Shown here piece after piece: positions 38,458 to 52,300 of a stretch of DNA of 64,000 bases. The notes beneath the pieces were generated by a model. It worked only from the letters and a program-made list of their open reading frames with translations, searched no databases and was not told where the DNA came from. Source of the DNA: Lytechinus pictus (taxonomy: Eukaryota). Numbering within the stretch: the first letter of the stretch is position 1; the number at the start of each line of letters is the position of its first letter. The position numbers were made by a program, and so were the translations under genes. The stretch covers positions 24,864,001 to 24,928,000 of the forward strand of contig NC_087250.1 in assembly GCF_037042905.1 (NCBI RefSeq). The letters are read 5' to 3'.

Positions 38458-41400
38458 CATAGGCGGATCCAGGGGCGGGGGGCTCGCCCCCCCCCCCCCT
38501 ATTGGCGGGGCAAAAAAAAGGGGGAAGAAAGAAAAAAAAAGAAAAATAAGGGAAAAGAGAAAAAAGAAGGAAAAAGAGAGGGGAAACATAAAAAGAGGAA
38601 AAGGAGTGAATAAAAAAATCTTTCATATCACTATAAAAAAATTGCGCTCGCATTGCCTGTTAGGTGATTTACATATCTTGAATAATATGAAGCTCAAAAT
38701 ATCATATTTTAAAGTCAACATACCAAAAAATATTTTAGCTCGCAAACCGGACTTTCATTATTTTGCTCGATTTACAAATTGATTTTTAAAAAGTTCTCTG
38801 TAAAATATTATGTTTTATGATCTGAATATTAACATTTCGGCTCGCGATTTGCGCTCGCGTTGATTGTTGAAAATACATGCATATTAACTCATGCGTCTAA
38901 ACTGCTTTAAATGTCCAGTTTTCAGGCCATAATATTTACAGATTTCGTATTCTGATATTACGTATATGAGATTAATAAACAAGATATTAATTTAATAATC
39001 AAATTATCCTTTTTTCAGAATTGACTATCGACAAGTTTCATCTCGCGCTTAGGAAGAGAAATGGGAAGACATAGTCATCATTTTCATATGTTCTTAGAAT
39101 ATCCTGGTCCTAATGTCAAAACTCAATGCAATAATAATGAAACACATAAGGTCTTTTTTTTAATGTGATCCATATTCACCTAAAAATTTTCCTACAAAGT
39201 GCTTGAAATACAGAGCTTAAATTGACCCTTCTCAGATCGGAATATCAAATATTTTAAACTTACGCTCCGCGCTCACTTTATTGATTTTCATAGTAAAAAA
39301 GGGGCATTTAGAATGCCCACTCAGATTTTATGTCGAAATCTGAGACATGCGCGCATGTTTATTCAGATATGCAGCTTGTTCCCTACTTAAATCATTATCT
39401 AGTTTCATATCACAATATTTTAAAAAATCTGCTCGTACTTTGCGCTCGCAATATTAGTGTAGGAAGATTTCCAATTACTCATCCTTTTCACGATTTACAA
39501 ATCATGAATAGAATCTCGAATTTTTCCGCTCGCGCTCGCATTAATTGTTTAGTAACATACTTATCCTTTTCATGATTACAAAAAGTGCTTAGAATTTCCA
39601 TTCTTCAGGTTGAAGTTACCAAATTTTCATTATTTATTTGATTGTTAAAATATGTAACGTCTTCAAGGCTAACTGCAAGCAACCGTTACTAGATCCATTT
39701 TTGATCAGGTAAAAACGTGTATAAAAAAATTCTGCTTGCGCTTTGGGATAGCTGTAATTATGTAGCTGGATACACATCTCGTTTAGGATCACAAACATTG
39801 CCCAGAATGTTTAAATTTTAGGACAAATTACATGAAATAAAAAAAGATAGCTCGCGCTTCGCGCTCGCACTATTTAGATAAGGCTTATGAGATTTTTATA
39901 TATTTATGTTGAATCACATGAACAAAGCTTAGAAGTGACCCCTTTAAAGAAACAAACAAAAATCAACATCGAGCGACCAATCGGGGAAAATGTGGCTGAA
40001 AACAAAAATCCGCCCCCCCCCCCCTATTGGCGAAGGCTGGATCCGCCCCTGTGTTTCTATATAAGATTTTTGCTCGTGCTTTGCGCTCACACTGTTAGGT
40101 GATTTACATAACTTGTTCAATATGGAGCTTAAATATCAAGTTTGAAAGTCAATATATACAAAACATAATTAGTTCACCTCGGAAATTAAACTTTCATTAT
40201 TTTGTGTGATTTACTAATTGATTTACTTATTGATTTTAATAAAGTGCTCTGTAAAAATGTCAGTTTTGTGGTCTGAATATTAACATTTTCTGCTCGCGCT
40301 GCGCGCTTGAAAATTTGATTTATCAGGTACTTATTATTTTTGTGTATTCCATAAAGTTTTCAAAATATCTCTTTTCAGGTCTGATTATCAAAACGTATCA
40401 GCTAGCTCTGCACGCTCACATTTTGATTGGCGAGTTATGTATGTGTCAATATTGATTACACAACAAACTACTTAAAATCCTTTCTTCATGACAGTTTATC
40501 AAAAATTTCTGCTCGCGATTTGCACTCGCATTTATTCCGCGCCCTCGATTATGCATTAACAAATAAGATATCAATTTAATAATTAGATTGTGCCTGTTGT
40601 TTCATCTCGCGCTGAGCAAGAGGAAAAGAAAGATAGTCATCATTTTCATATGATGGCATGTCCTAAGGATGTCCCGGTCCTATATGTCAAAACTCAAAGT
40701 AATAATAATGAAAAATATCAGCTCATTATTAAGTGTGATCCAGATATCCACCTCACAATTTTTCTACAAATTGCTTGAAATATAGAGCTGAAAGTTACTC
40801 TCAAGTTTTAGATCGGAATACCAAATCATTTCTTGATTGTTGAAATATTTAATGTCTTCCTGGCTAAGTGCAAGCAGTCCAGACAGGTAGGGCCTGCCTT
40901 TTCGATTAGTTCAAAACGTATATAAAATTTTCTGCTCGCGCTTTGCGCTCGCATTATTGATGTAAGGAAGATCCCAAATTACTCATCCTTTTTCAAAAAA
41001 TGAATAGAGTGTGTCGTTTTTAGGTCTAAATCTCGAAATTTGCGGCTCGCGCTTCGCGCTCGCATCTATTGTTAAGTTATATACCAATTACTCATCCTTT
41101 TCATTATTTCCAAAAAGTGCATAGAATTTCCAATCTTTAGGTTAAAGTGTCAAAAATTTTCAGCTCGCGCCTGGCGCTCGCATTATTTGATTGTTGAAAT
41201 ATGTATTGTCTTCATGGCTAACTGCAAGCAGTAGGTAGCCTGCCTTTTCGATCAGTTCAAAACGTGTATCAAACAATTCTGTTCGCGCTTCGCGTTCGTA
41301 GTATAGTTGCATACACATATTTTTCAGGATAACAAACATTGCCTAGAATGTCCAAATTTTAGGAAAAATATACATAAAATTTATGTAAATAAGGATTATG

Positions 41401-43114
41401 ATATCATATATTGTTATATATAAGAATAATTGTAAAAGTAATTACATTCATTTATTTTAATAGTTATGTTCTCTTTAAGGATATTCATGGCATAGAATGA
41501 TAAAGAACATTCAACAATGTATTTGTAAAAGCTTTTGTTATTCAGGCCTCTCGCCTGCATAAAGGCCAATGATTTTTGTTATTTCTGAATAGAGATTGCT
41601 TTACAATAGACTTGTATTGGTATTGGAAATGAACAATAGGCTTATCTATTTTGTTGACACTGTTGATTTCAATTAGGTCATTCAACATGTTCAAGAGTGT
41701 TAATGTAGACTGCTCTAGAAATGGGCAGAATGTTCTTTTTGTAGACAATACTAAAAAAAATCCAGAATAGTGAATACGAGAAGTTTCTAGAATAGTGAAT
41801 AATTTGTATATAAGCTGGCAGTATCATATCAGATCATATCACATCAGATCTCACGCCAGAATTTAGTGTCGTGTTGGGATCGGTACTTTTAGAAGGGAAG
41901 CGCAATGAAGAAACTTTGGAGAAAGTTCTACAGTTCAAATCACTGGGTATTTAATCATCATTTACAGTTTACAGTTCGAAGTACATGAAGATTCAGATAT
42001 ATTAGGAGACGATTAATATAAAATAATTTAGAAGTATCAGCCTGAGATTCGGAGTTAAGTTAAAATTAATACTGGATGGACATCTAAGTCTTGAAGTCAG
42101 TCAGTCAGGATTAGTGTGGGTCTAGTATTCTATCGTTGGTATTCTCTTCTATTCTCTAATAATCAAGAAGTCTTATTTATATCATTAGTTCTGGGGTGTA
42201 ACAATTTAAGGTGGGAGTGATCTAAACTTGATCTGATTGGTCTACAGGTAACTGTCTATCAAACTTTATCTGGTATAAGGGGTGTGGTGATGCTCTGTGC
42301 AAGTGACTGGGGCTGGGAGTGTGAGTCATACTTCTTCCATGAAGTAAGCTGACGTCACTGAGGGTTGGTCTTTTTATGGTCAAGGTTTAGGAGTTAAATG
42401 GTATGGGGGTTTTGGGATTCTTAGATGACATTAGGGGAGTTTAACAAGTGAAGGTGAATGACTGAAAGGATAACAGGAAGTTAAATACATACTACATAAT
42501 ATTAAGTCAGCGCAGACTTTATTTCCACCTGGAATATTTATCTTCTGTGGAATTACTTGCACGCCATCAATGAACTGTTTGCAGTTATTTTGACAGAGGA
42601 ATTTTCAGTTCTCATCGAGATCATCTAACTGTTTAATGAACACTCTTCAACCAATGGATTGCTGAAATTTACTGTTAATCATCATCAACATCGTCTTCGC
42701 GGACATTTCAACTCATTACAGTGACTCTTGTTATTCATCGTGTTTCAACATCAGTTACATCATCGCCATCATCGTGAACTTTAATTTAAGGAATCTTTGC
42801 CATCCAACTTGGATTTTACTCTGGATTATTATCACAATTTCAAGAGACGTAAGATTAATATTTATTTTTGTTTTGTTTATGACTGTCATTTCCTGTAATA
42901 AAAAAAAAGGAAATCAAGTTTAAATTCTAAAATTTGTCATTGTTATTTGTTGCAGTATCGTAACAATATTTATGCTAAGGAGCTAAGAAGTAACCATTAT
43001 GACTACCCCTTCAGAGAAACTGAAACAAAAGTCATGTTCAAGCGGCCAATCGGGGAAAATATGGCTGATAACAAATCCGGGCCCCCCTAGTGGCGAAGGC
43101 TGGATCCGCCCTTG
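38458..43114. mobile_element. hAT-like non-autonomous element(s) with ggcggatccag ends and an internal duplication
   Basis: Left end cataggcggatccagg. Right ends ctggatccgcccctg (40051) and ctggatccgcccttg (43114). 40052-41410 repeats 38630-39900, including the ctcgcgcttcgcgctcgc motifs. Confidence 0.6.
41412..42965 (+). mobile_element. Solo LTR-like insertion (TG..CA, 4-bp ATAT TSD)
   Basis: atat|tgtta ... taaca|atat. The uninterrupted paralog is at ~39885-39935. An AATAAA lies near the right end. Confidence 0.65.
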
Positions 43115-43199
43115 ATAGGGCGTACAATATATGAATGATAATGTAACAGTTGCAATAATAACCACAATCAGTCATTCGAGATAAAAAGGGAATTTAATT

Positions 43200-43325
43200 A
43201 TTTAGGAAAAGGATATGTCTTAAGGGAAAATTTGAAGCCAAGAATACTGGAAGCATTTCTTATTGGAAGAGGGATCTCATTCCAAGTCTTGGCAGCTGCT
43301 ACAGCAAAACGTTTTTCGGCAGAAT
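43200..43325 (-). mobile_element. L2/CR1-type LINE ORF2 C-terminal relic
   Basis: The minus strand reads AEKRFAVAAAKTWNEIPLPIRNASSILGFKFSLKTY. Confidence 0.7.
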
Positions 43326-46300
43326 TATAGCGATGATTTAGAATCCCTCCTGTAGACTATACTTCACACACTTTTGTTTTATTCGTCATGGATACGAGAG
43401 CCCACCAGCATAAGTCTGTATCCGATCAGTTTAGTAATGTTCAGACTTAGGGGGCGTTGGAAGAAAGTATTTGCGATCAATTGCCAATTTGTCTACTGCA
43501 AACTCGTCCACCCACCACATGGTCTACTTTCATTTAGTCTAATGCCATTCCCTCCATCAACATTTCGTCTAACATCCATTTGGTCCAAATTAACCATTTG
43601 GTCCAATCATCACTTCGTGTATGACCATTTGTCTCATAACCAGTTAGTCGAATATCCATTTCATTCTCTTTCATTCTGCAAAATTTGATGTTTAGTCAAA
43701 TTTTTAGGGACCGAAATAGACATGCAAATGATAAAGTTTCTTGCAACGCCCCGTTAAACTAGGCCAACTATTGATTTATACGCAGAAAAAATAGTAATTT
43801 TTTCCGTTCATCATTTTCATTTATTATTCAATTCACTTCAATCGAATCTTTATATCACAAATAAGATTAAAACGTACAAGGGCTGGCTGCATTAAACAAG
43901 TGTTAAAGTGTTTTGCTTTCTACCAGGTTATAAAAAACATACTGAATCATAACATTCATTTACTAAACTTTTTCATTAAACTGGATTCGTGTCAGTTACA
44001 CGTAATATTCATTTCAGTTTTATACGGCATTAGAGGTTCTTTGCTAAGGATATACATAATCAAGTGAAGACAAATCTATATTCTTTTGAATTAGCGCTGG
44101 AATAACATGGTAGCATGCAATATTCAATTTCAGTTTTTTCATAGTACTGTATTAGAAGTTATACAAGATCAGCTGCATTAAGTGGGGTTATTTTTACCCA
44201 ACTATTATAGATCTCCGAACCTACTTTCCTTTAAACTTACAAGCGGAATTAAATCCCCTATATAAAAAAGGAATAGGCATATGACATATAAAAACTTTCA
44301 TTGTTTTCTACAGCATTGTGATTAACACATACCTACCTCCAATAAAGTTCCGAAGCAATGACGTCAGTTGCCATTGTGCCATGGCGGTCTCGTTATAAAC
44401 AAATGAACCGGACGAATGAAAGCGTGTGCTTCTTATATTAGAAAATGGTTGCTACGGAAATTTGATCGCTTGCAACCATTTCTTCAGACGAGCCAAAGTC
44501 ATACAAAATGTACAGACAATCGTCAGCTGCGAATCTGTTTAGAACCAGCACGACATTACACCATGGCAACTAACGTCACACTTCGGAACTCTATAAACCA
44601 ACTGGTTTTCAAGTTTCGGTTCAAAATAAAAAGTTACTTTCTTTACTTTTGTCACCGTGGCAGATTTTGTTCAAAATATAGTGGAAACAACAAAAGTCTA
44701 GTACGCAAAGAAGAATTCACACATTGGTCTTGACTATTATCATAATAAATCCTGTAATTCATAATGATATCCCACAAAACCAATACGATTTGATTATTAA
44801 GTCTATGATACATTACAACTTAAGTGAAATAATGTATATCCACATCAAACCTTGAAGAAATTCTCTTGACAGATAACGCACAAAGCTCTACCTAAAATGC
44901 TGTTGCAATATAGTTGCATTTTACTCTAAAAACCTACATAGAATATACTTACTGTACAAAATGTATCTAATAGTTTCAAAATGTTATGATAATGTGCTAC
45001 ATTAATGTAGCTTTTATTTCACTCATTTTATTTCTCACAAGCCCCCCCCCCCCTCCCCCCCCCCCAAAAAAAAAAAAAAAAAAAAAAAAAAACACCCAAA
45101 AAACACAAAAAAAAACCATGTAAACAATCATCAAATACCATGAGACCATATGGTGAGTCTGTTGAAACCCTATGTAGGCCTACGGTTTTTTATGGGGTTT
45201 TTTGGTACACATTTCCACGAGATGAACATTTTTTTTCATTGAAGTTTTAGTTTACAGCCAAATATTAATAACAATGTGACAATAAAGTTTAATGCAACAT
45301 TTGAAATGCATGGAAGTGTAAGAACGAAATATACGTTTTCTTAAAACGTTAAACACTTTGAACAATAAAAAAGATGGAAATGATGACATTCGGAACGGTT
45401 TTACTCAAGTAGCATCACGTTCAAGCCTTGTCAATATTTGGTAACATACAATTATAATAAAAAGAAGAATATGAAGCAGATACTAAATGTACACAGGCCT
45501 AATGTCTGTGTGGTAACAAACGGCTACGCTTAGAATATTACAAAATGGTTCCTTAACAGTTCATAGAACAACACCACTTCATCACTTCATTAGGCAAACC
45601 CAAAAGGTATACTAAATACGTTACAGTCAGTGTTCTTTCAGAGAAGATCAGCGGCCATCCGTATTCATCCAGCTACTACGGAAATATGTTTATAGAAAAA
45701 CAAAATATTATCTGAATTTCGATGAATACCATAACTGCTATTCACATTTATACTAATGATCTTGGGCACATAAGAAAAGGAATAAAAAGCAAAAAGGGAA
45801 AAGACAAAAAAAAAAGCTGGAAAGATTTATGTTATCATAACAATCATTGAAAACAAACTCTTTATACAATATTCTTTTGCATGCCGTGCAACTGTCATGG
45901 CTGAAAATTTTGTGATAAGCCACAACTGCATAGGACAATAGGCCTCGCTCCCGTTAATAAACCTCATTGTTATTTCGATTTTTTACACCTAAATACTGGA
46001 ATTCTGTTTAATTTTTCAAGTAAATAAAATGTCTTTGGATAATAATTGCCATACATTATGTTATCGACAAACATGCAATTACAATGTATACAATGGTTGA
46101 TGAAACGCCTTAAAATAATCGTGAAAGATTGATTATTCATTATGAATCGCTTTCATTTTGATTCATATTTCTCTTTCTGTATCAAGCCTTTTTTAAATAA
46201 AAATCTTTCTCGATTTTTACATGTACATAACATTCATCTGTTACCGAGATACATTCATACAATATACATGACATAGAACACAAAAATACCTAATATACAA

Positions 46301-46391
46301 AATATATAGAGAAAGTAAATCAAGATATTGATTAAATTGGTTTTGTTCGCTGTAAACACGTATAAATAGGCCTATTATAAGAGGTCATGTA

Positions 46392-49300
46392 CAGTGCCGG
46401 CCGCGGGAAACGTCACAGTGCCCCCTAGGGCGAACGCGGTAGCCCGTAGCGGACATTTGAGGGGAGCGGACGCGGGAAGACCCCCGCGTTCGCTCCCCTA
46501 GGGCATGAGTGCCCTAGGGGAGCGCCCGAGGGTAGCGCCCGCGACTATCCTAGGGTGTTTCCCTAGGATGTTCGGCCGTGCATTCTTGTTCGAAAGAAGA
46601 GGTCTGATTTGACAGCTTTGCAGATAAAAGGGAGAAGAAGAAAGCAAAAAATGAAAGAAAAAGGCGAAAAGGAAGGGATGGATTGAAGACGAGAAGAAAG
46701 GATATAAGAGAAATAGAAAAAGTGCGATCTGTGGACATCATTTTCATAATGCACCTCTCATCATCAAATTTATTTTCAATTTATCGTTTAGTTCTTTCTC
46801 AATCCCTCTCTCAAACTATATTCTTTCTCTCTTCCCAACATATAATGCTATGTTAAATTAAGCTACTTATACATTTCCATAGAATACATGAAACTGTTGT
46901 TGTTTCACAATATAACGGAGGGGATATTACAAAAGAAGGGGAAGGGAAAGCAAGAGAAAGTAGAGGGGAGAAACAAATCACGGAGTGAAAGGGGACACAG
47001 AAAAGGAAGAGGGGAAAAGGAAAAGAGAAGTGATAAAGGAAAAGGAAAAAGGAAAAAATATATAGAGGGAAAGCCGAAGGAGGGAAAGAGAGAAGAAAGG
47101 GAAGGGGAGAAAGAAGGAAAAGAGTGAATAAGAGGGGGGAAATAAAAAGGAGGAGAAAAGGAGAGAAAGAGAAAATATAGCGGGGGATATCGAAGGAGAG
47201 AAGAGATTTCAAGAAATAAGAAAGAAGGGGCAAGAGAAGGGATAAGGGGTGAGAAATTAAAAAGGAAGGGACATTGAGAAAGATTAAATAGAGGGGATAA
47301 AAGTTACTGAAGGGGAGAAAGAGAGAAGAAAGGGAAAGAAAAGGATATTACTATTCTCATCAAAATACAAGAACCCCTCTCTAATTTTCCTCATCTTTTT
47401 ATTCCCTTCCTCCTTTCCATTTATCTATATCAACCACTAGCTCTCATCTCTTCCCGATGTTTATCTGTGGACATCATTTTCAAAATGCACCTCTCATCAT
47501 CAAATTTATTTTCAATTTATCGTTTAGTTCTTTCTCAATCCCTCTCTCAAACTGTATTCTCTCCCTCTTCCCAACATATAATGCTATGTTAAATTAAGCT
47601 ACTTATACATTTCCATAGAATACAAAAACTGTTGTTTCACAATATAACGGAGGGGATATTACAAAAGAAGGGGAAGGGAAAGCAAGAGAAAGTAGAGGGG
47701 AGAAACAAATCACGGAGTGAAAGGGGACACAGAAAAGGAAGAGGGGAAAAGGAAAAGAGAAGTGATAAAGGAAAGGGAAAAAAGGAAAAAGGAAAAAATA
47801 TATAGAGGGAAAGCCGAAGGAGGGAAAGAGAGAAGAAAGGGAAGGGGAGAAAGAAGGAAAAGAGTGAATAAGGGGGGGGGGAATAAAAAGGAGGGGAAAA
47901 GGAGAGAAAGAGAAAATATAGCGGGGGTATCGAAGGAGGCAAGAAGAGAAGAGATTAAATGAAATAAGAAGAAAAGAAAGGAGGAGAAAAGGGATCTTTA
48001 TTAGTGTCCGTCAATTACTCGTTTACTCTCTCTCCCAATCCCTCTCTCAAACTATTATGTCTATATGCTTTTCATTCTTCCCTTATCAACATACATCGCC
48101 ATGTATAGCCATATGAAACTATATTTTAGATATGTTCGTATAATACAAGAATTGGTTATTATTTCATTGTAATATATATGTATAGTTCTGCAGTACTTAG
48201 TTATGAAACTTGTTTTACTCAGTAATGCTCACGCGTGATGATTAAAGGGATTTTCGATTATATTATATAGAAGTGAACCGGGACGGGCTTTTATTCTCCA
48301 ACTTGGCTTGAATAACTCCTTTGTTCCCCGAAAAGAATATAGTTAGGTTCGATAGTTAGCGTTTGCGTGAGCACCCTCCAAAACTCTTAACAAAAGAAAA
48401 GAATGGTTTGTATAGCTCCATTCTTGCTTTGTCGGCAAGTGATAATTAACTCGTTAAGTACAAATTCTTTTATCATTTCCAATACATATAACAAAATATA
48501 TTTCGAAGGAAAATCTTGTTTTACTGAAATAAAATAACTGAAAAAATGTCTAGAACGTTAATTGATGTCCAACTAATCTATCAATATAAAACCGCAGTTC
48601 GTAAAATTGATAGGTTAATCTTTACTTCGACGTCAATTATTCGTGTTATTATCATCATGTAAGTGTATCAAGGATGTTAATATTCGTTTTAAACCCATCT
48701 ATAATTTTGTACAAAATTGCGCGTAATATATGCGTTGTACAAGTAATCTTTACTTCGATTATGTTCATTATTATTATTCGCATCATGGAGCTGGAACCCC
48801 TTTTCATTTTTCTCATCCTCCTCTTCCTACTTCCCCTGTATTATTTTCCATCGCTTTCATATCTTCCCAATCCAAATATCTACCAATGTTAATTAAACAC
48901 CGCAATCGAGAGCAGATAATGTAATCAGATGTTTTAGCAAAAAGACAAATCTGTTACATCTGTTACATTGAGGTAAATTTATACTTTTTATAGGGTGGGG
49001 GTTTTAGAGACCCGATTTGAACCGAATTGAAAAGAATATCCTTATTCATTGTTGTTGACGCATCAACAAATTAATCCCCCCCCCCCCCATTTCTTAGAAC
49101 ATCCTGGCATAAATTGGGAAGCGGATGTGATCAAAGGAGAGGGTCGGTGTGGACGGGAGCAAGACTCTCCCAGACTGTCGACAATAACAAAAGAACCAAA
49201 AAAAAAAAAATCGATGAGCACAACCAGTTTTACTGGTGTTCGTTTTTTGCACGTCTATGATGTGAGAAAGAACACTTTTCCCCGATATACAAATGCATTA

Positions 49301-52300
49301 GCATGATGAGAGAAATAAATTAAAATGATTAAAGGCAAAGAAAAGCGGGAAATGAAGGTAGAATGGTATGAGCCAAACTCTAAATTGGAAAATAAAGAAA
49401 GGGACAAGATAATGTCGTATGAAAGTCTATCATAAACTTGCTAAATCTCCAAAGATGCTGCGACTCTGTCCAAAAGAGAGAGTAGGGTAAATTACGATAT
49501 TTTTAATTATGTCAAAATCTATAAAAAAAAATTTGATTTTTGCAATAACTCTGTCAAAATTTTTGCTCGCTCGCTGGCATTTATATGCATTTTTTGGCCC
49601 GATACACCATACCGCCCCCCCCCCCCCCCCATTTTTTCCCCCTATGATGCCATTTCCTGTTCCGGGATATGAGGGGGATTTTTTTTTGCTCTTGCCCCCC
49701 CCCCCCCCCCGGCCCCCTACCCCGCTTATTATGATAAAGGTTTATAAAATATCATTACCGAAATGAGATAAAATGACAATAAGTGGGGCTCTTGCCTTCC
49801 CTGCATGATCCGATGTCGAAAGAACACACCAACGTCGGATCGTAATCGAAAAACCACCTTCAAAGAAATCAAAGAAAGATCGTGGCACAAAAAGGAGGCG
49901 GTGAATTATCATGAGTCGACCTCGTGCATGATCGATGTCATGAACACGTAGCGGCGTCGTATGGTAATCAATGATCATTGTGCCTATTTCCAGCGAAGGG
50001 AAATGATAAATGAGCACTGGAAAAAATGTCAATGACTCGGGGAAGGCCTTCGTCCGAGAGTACATGTATCTATATGTCGAAATGTTTAGATTCATTGCGG
50101 TAAACGAAAAATAATAGGTTCGACGTTCCAGCCAGGGTGACCAGATTTTACAAAATTAAAAACGGGACAATCGGCAAAGCACAACATGTATGTACCATAG
50201 GATCGAAAGAGCCAGGCCAAAAAATCAACAAAAGAGGCCACACAATGTTAGACTTGTTAACAAAATATATGAAGAAAGGGAAGGGAGGGTTAGCGGAAGA
50301 AAGATATGAGGAAGCAAGAATTGATTTGAGAGGAAAGACAGAAAAAAAATAAGGAAAAATTAAAAGGAAAAAAGTTTGATTAAAAGGTTGAAAGAATGAA
50401 TAAAAGACAGATAACGGTTTCCATCATTACTTGAAATGAATAAGAAAAGAAAGAATTAAAATAAAGGAAGGGAAGATGAATGTGTGAAAGAGAACAATAT
50501 AAGGAGAGAAAAGTAAGAAAAAATGAGGAAAAGAGAAAGAAAGAAGGAAAGAACGAAAGAAAAATAATTCCTTCATCATTTGAAAGAAACAAAGACAGAA
50601 GAAAAACGGGAAGGAAACATTGAAGAAAGGGAAAGAAATACTAAGGGAAAAGAATTAAAAGGGAAAACAGAAATTAAAGAATATAAGAAAGGATGAAAGA
50701 AAAGAAAGCAAATAACATCTAAATCAAAATTTAATCTACAATAGATTCCGATCACGCTAGTTTAAAAACATAATGGTCTATCACAAGATAACCGAAGTAC
50801 ATGCACATGCAAACATAATGCAATGTACGTACCCTAGGGCACCCGAGGATAAGTGCGGGCACGGCCAATATTATATAGCACGCAGGAAACTGCGGGCCCG
50901 GGAAAACGCCCTCGTCTGCTCCCCTTGAATACCCTCGGTTAGACGCAAAAGCCCCCTAGGGTGTTTGCGTGCTCGGGCGTGACGTTTCCTGCGGCCGGCA
51001 CTGTGCCGGCCGCGGGAAACGTCACAGTGCCCCCTAGGGCGAACGCGGTAGCCCGTAGCGGACATTTGAGGGGAGCGGACGAGGGAAGACGCCCGCGTCC
51101 GCTCCCCTAGGACATGAGTGCCCTAGGGGACTACCCCGCGTCTATCCTAGGGTGTTTCTGTTGGATGTTCGGCCGTGCATTCTTGGTCGAAAGAAGAGGA
51201 CTGATTTGACACATTCAAGACTGCATGTGATTTTTATCTCATATCAAGCATAAGTTTTCGAATATTTATCGTGGATAAAATCTGTTATGAAAATTACAAA
51301 GTTTTGGGTTGATAACTGGGATTTTAGGCTTTTTCACCGAATTACTTATTGTGTTCGATTACACACTGGGACCAGCATAGAGGGTCCTTTCCTATATATT
51401 GATATTCTTTCCGTGGTGTCCGTTATTTCATTCACTCACATGGTTAGTCGTGATTGTAAATGAGTTTCTGACAAAGGAGCAGGTATTTGTCGATGTTGAC
51501 CCTACATTCCGGAGGTCGTCCTATAACTATTTACTCTATTGTTTCCCTGCATGGTCATCCTTTTTATATACCCTGACATGCCTTTCAGGCGCGGATCTAC
51601 GAGATTCAGATAAAAGGGAGAAGAAGAAAAAACCAAAAATGAAAGAAAAGGCGAATATGAAGGGATGGATTGAAGACGATAAGGAAAGAAATAAGAGAAA
51701 TAGAAAAAAGTGAGAGAAGGGGAAAGGGGAGAAAGAGAAAATAGGGGGGGGGGGGCGAAGAAGAGAAAGAGGGAGAGGGGGTAAAGAAAAGAAATAAGGA
51801 AAAGGTGAAAATCGAGAAGAAAACAGAGGGGATATCAAAATGCAAGGTTAGACAGAAAGAAAATAGCGAAAAGGAAAATAGATTGAAAATCAAAGGGGAG
51901 AAGAGTCAAAGGAAGAAAAGGAAGGACAGAATGATAAGGAGGGGGATATTAAATGAGAGGAAGAAGGGAGACATAATAAAATCGTCCAGTTTTTCATATC
52001 AGAAAATACGTTAGTAACTCGCATCTGCCCATTTTTACGCTGATGACAAGTATTAAACATTCTTGCGCTCAATCTTGTAATTATTTTCTCTCACCTTGCT
52101 CACAATTTCCTGCTCTCGTTGCATCAATTAAAAACTTGTCCCGAATTAACATCCGCTCATTCAAGAAAGAAAAATTAAAGAAAAAGGCAAATAGGAAGGG
52201 ATGGAGGGAAAATGAGAAGGAAAATAGAAAAAGTGAGAGAAGCAGAAGGGAGCGAAGAAAAGAAGGGGAAAGGGGAGAAAGAGAAAATAGAGGGGGCTTA

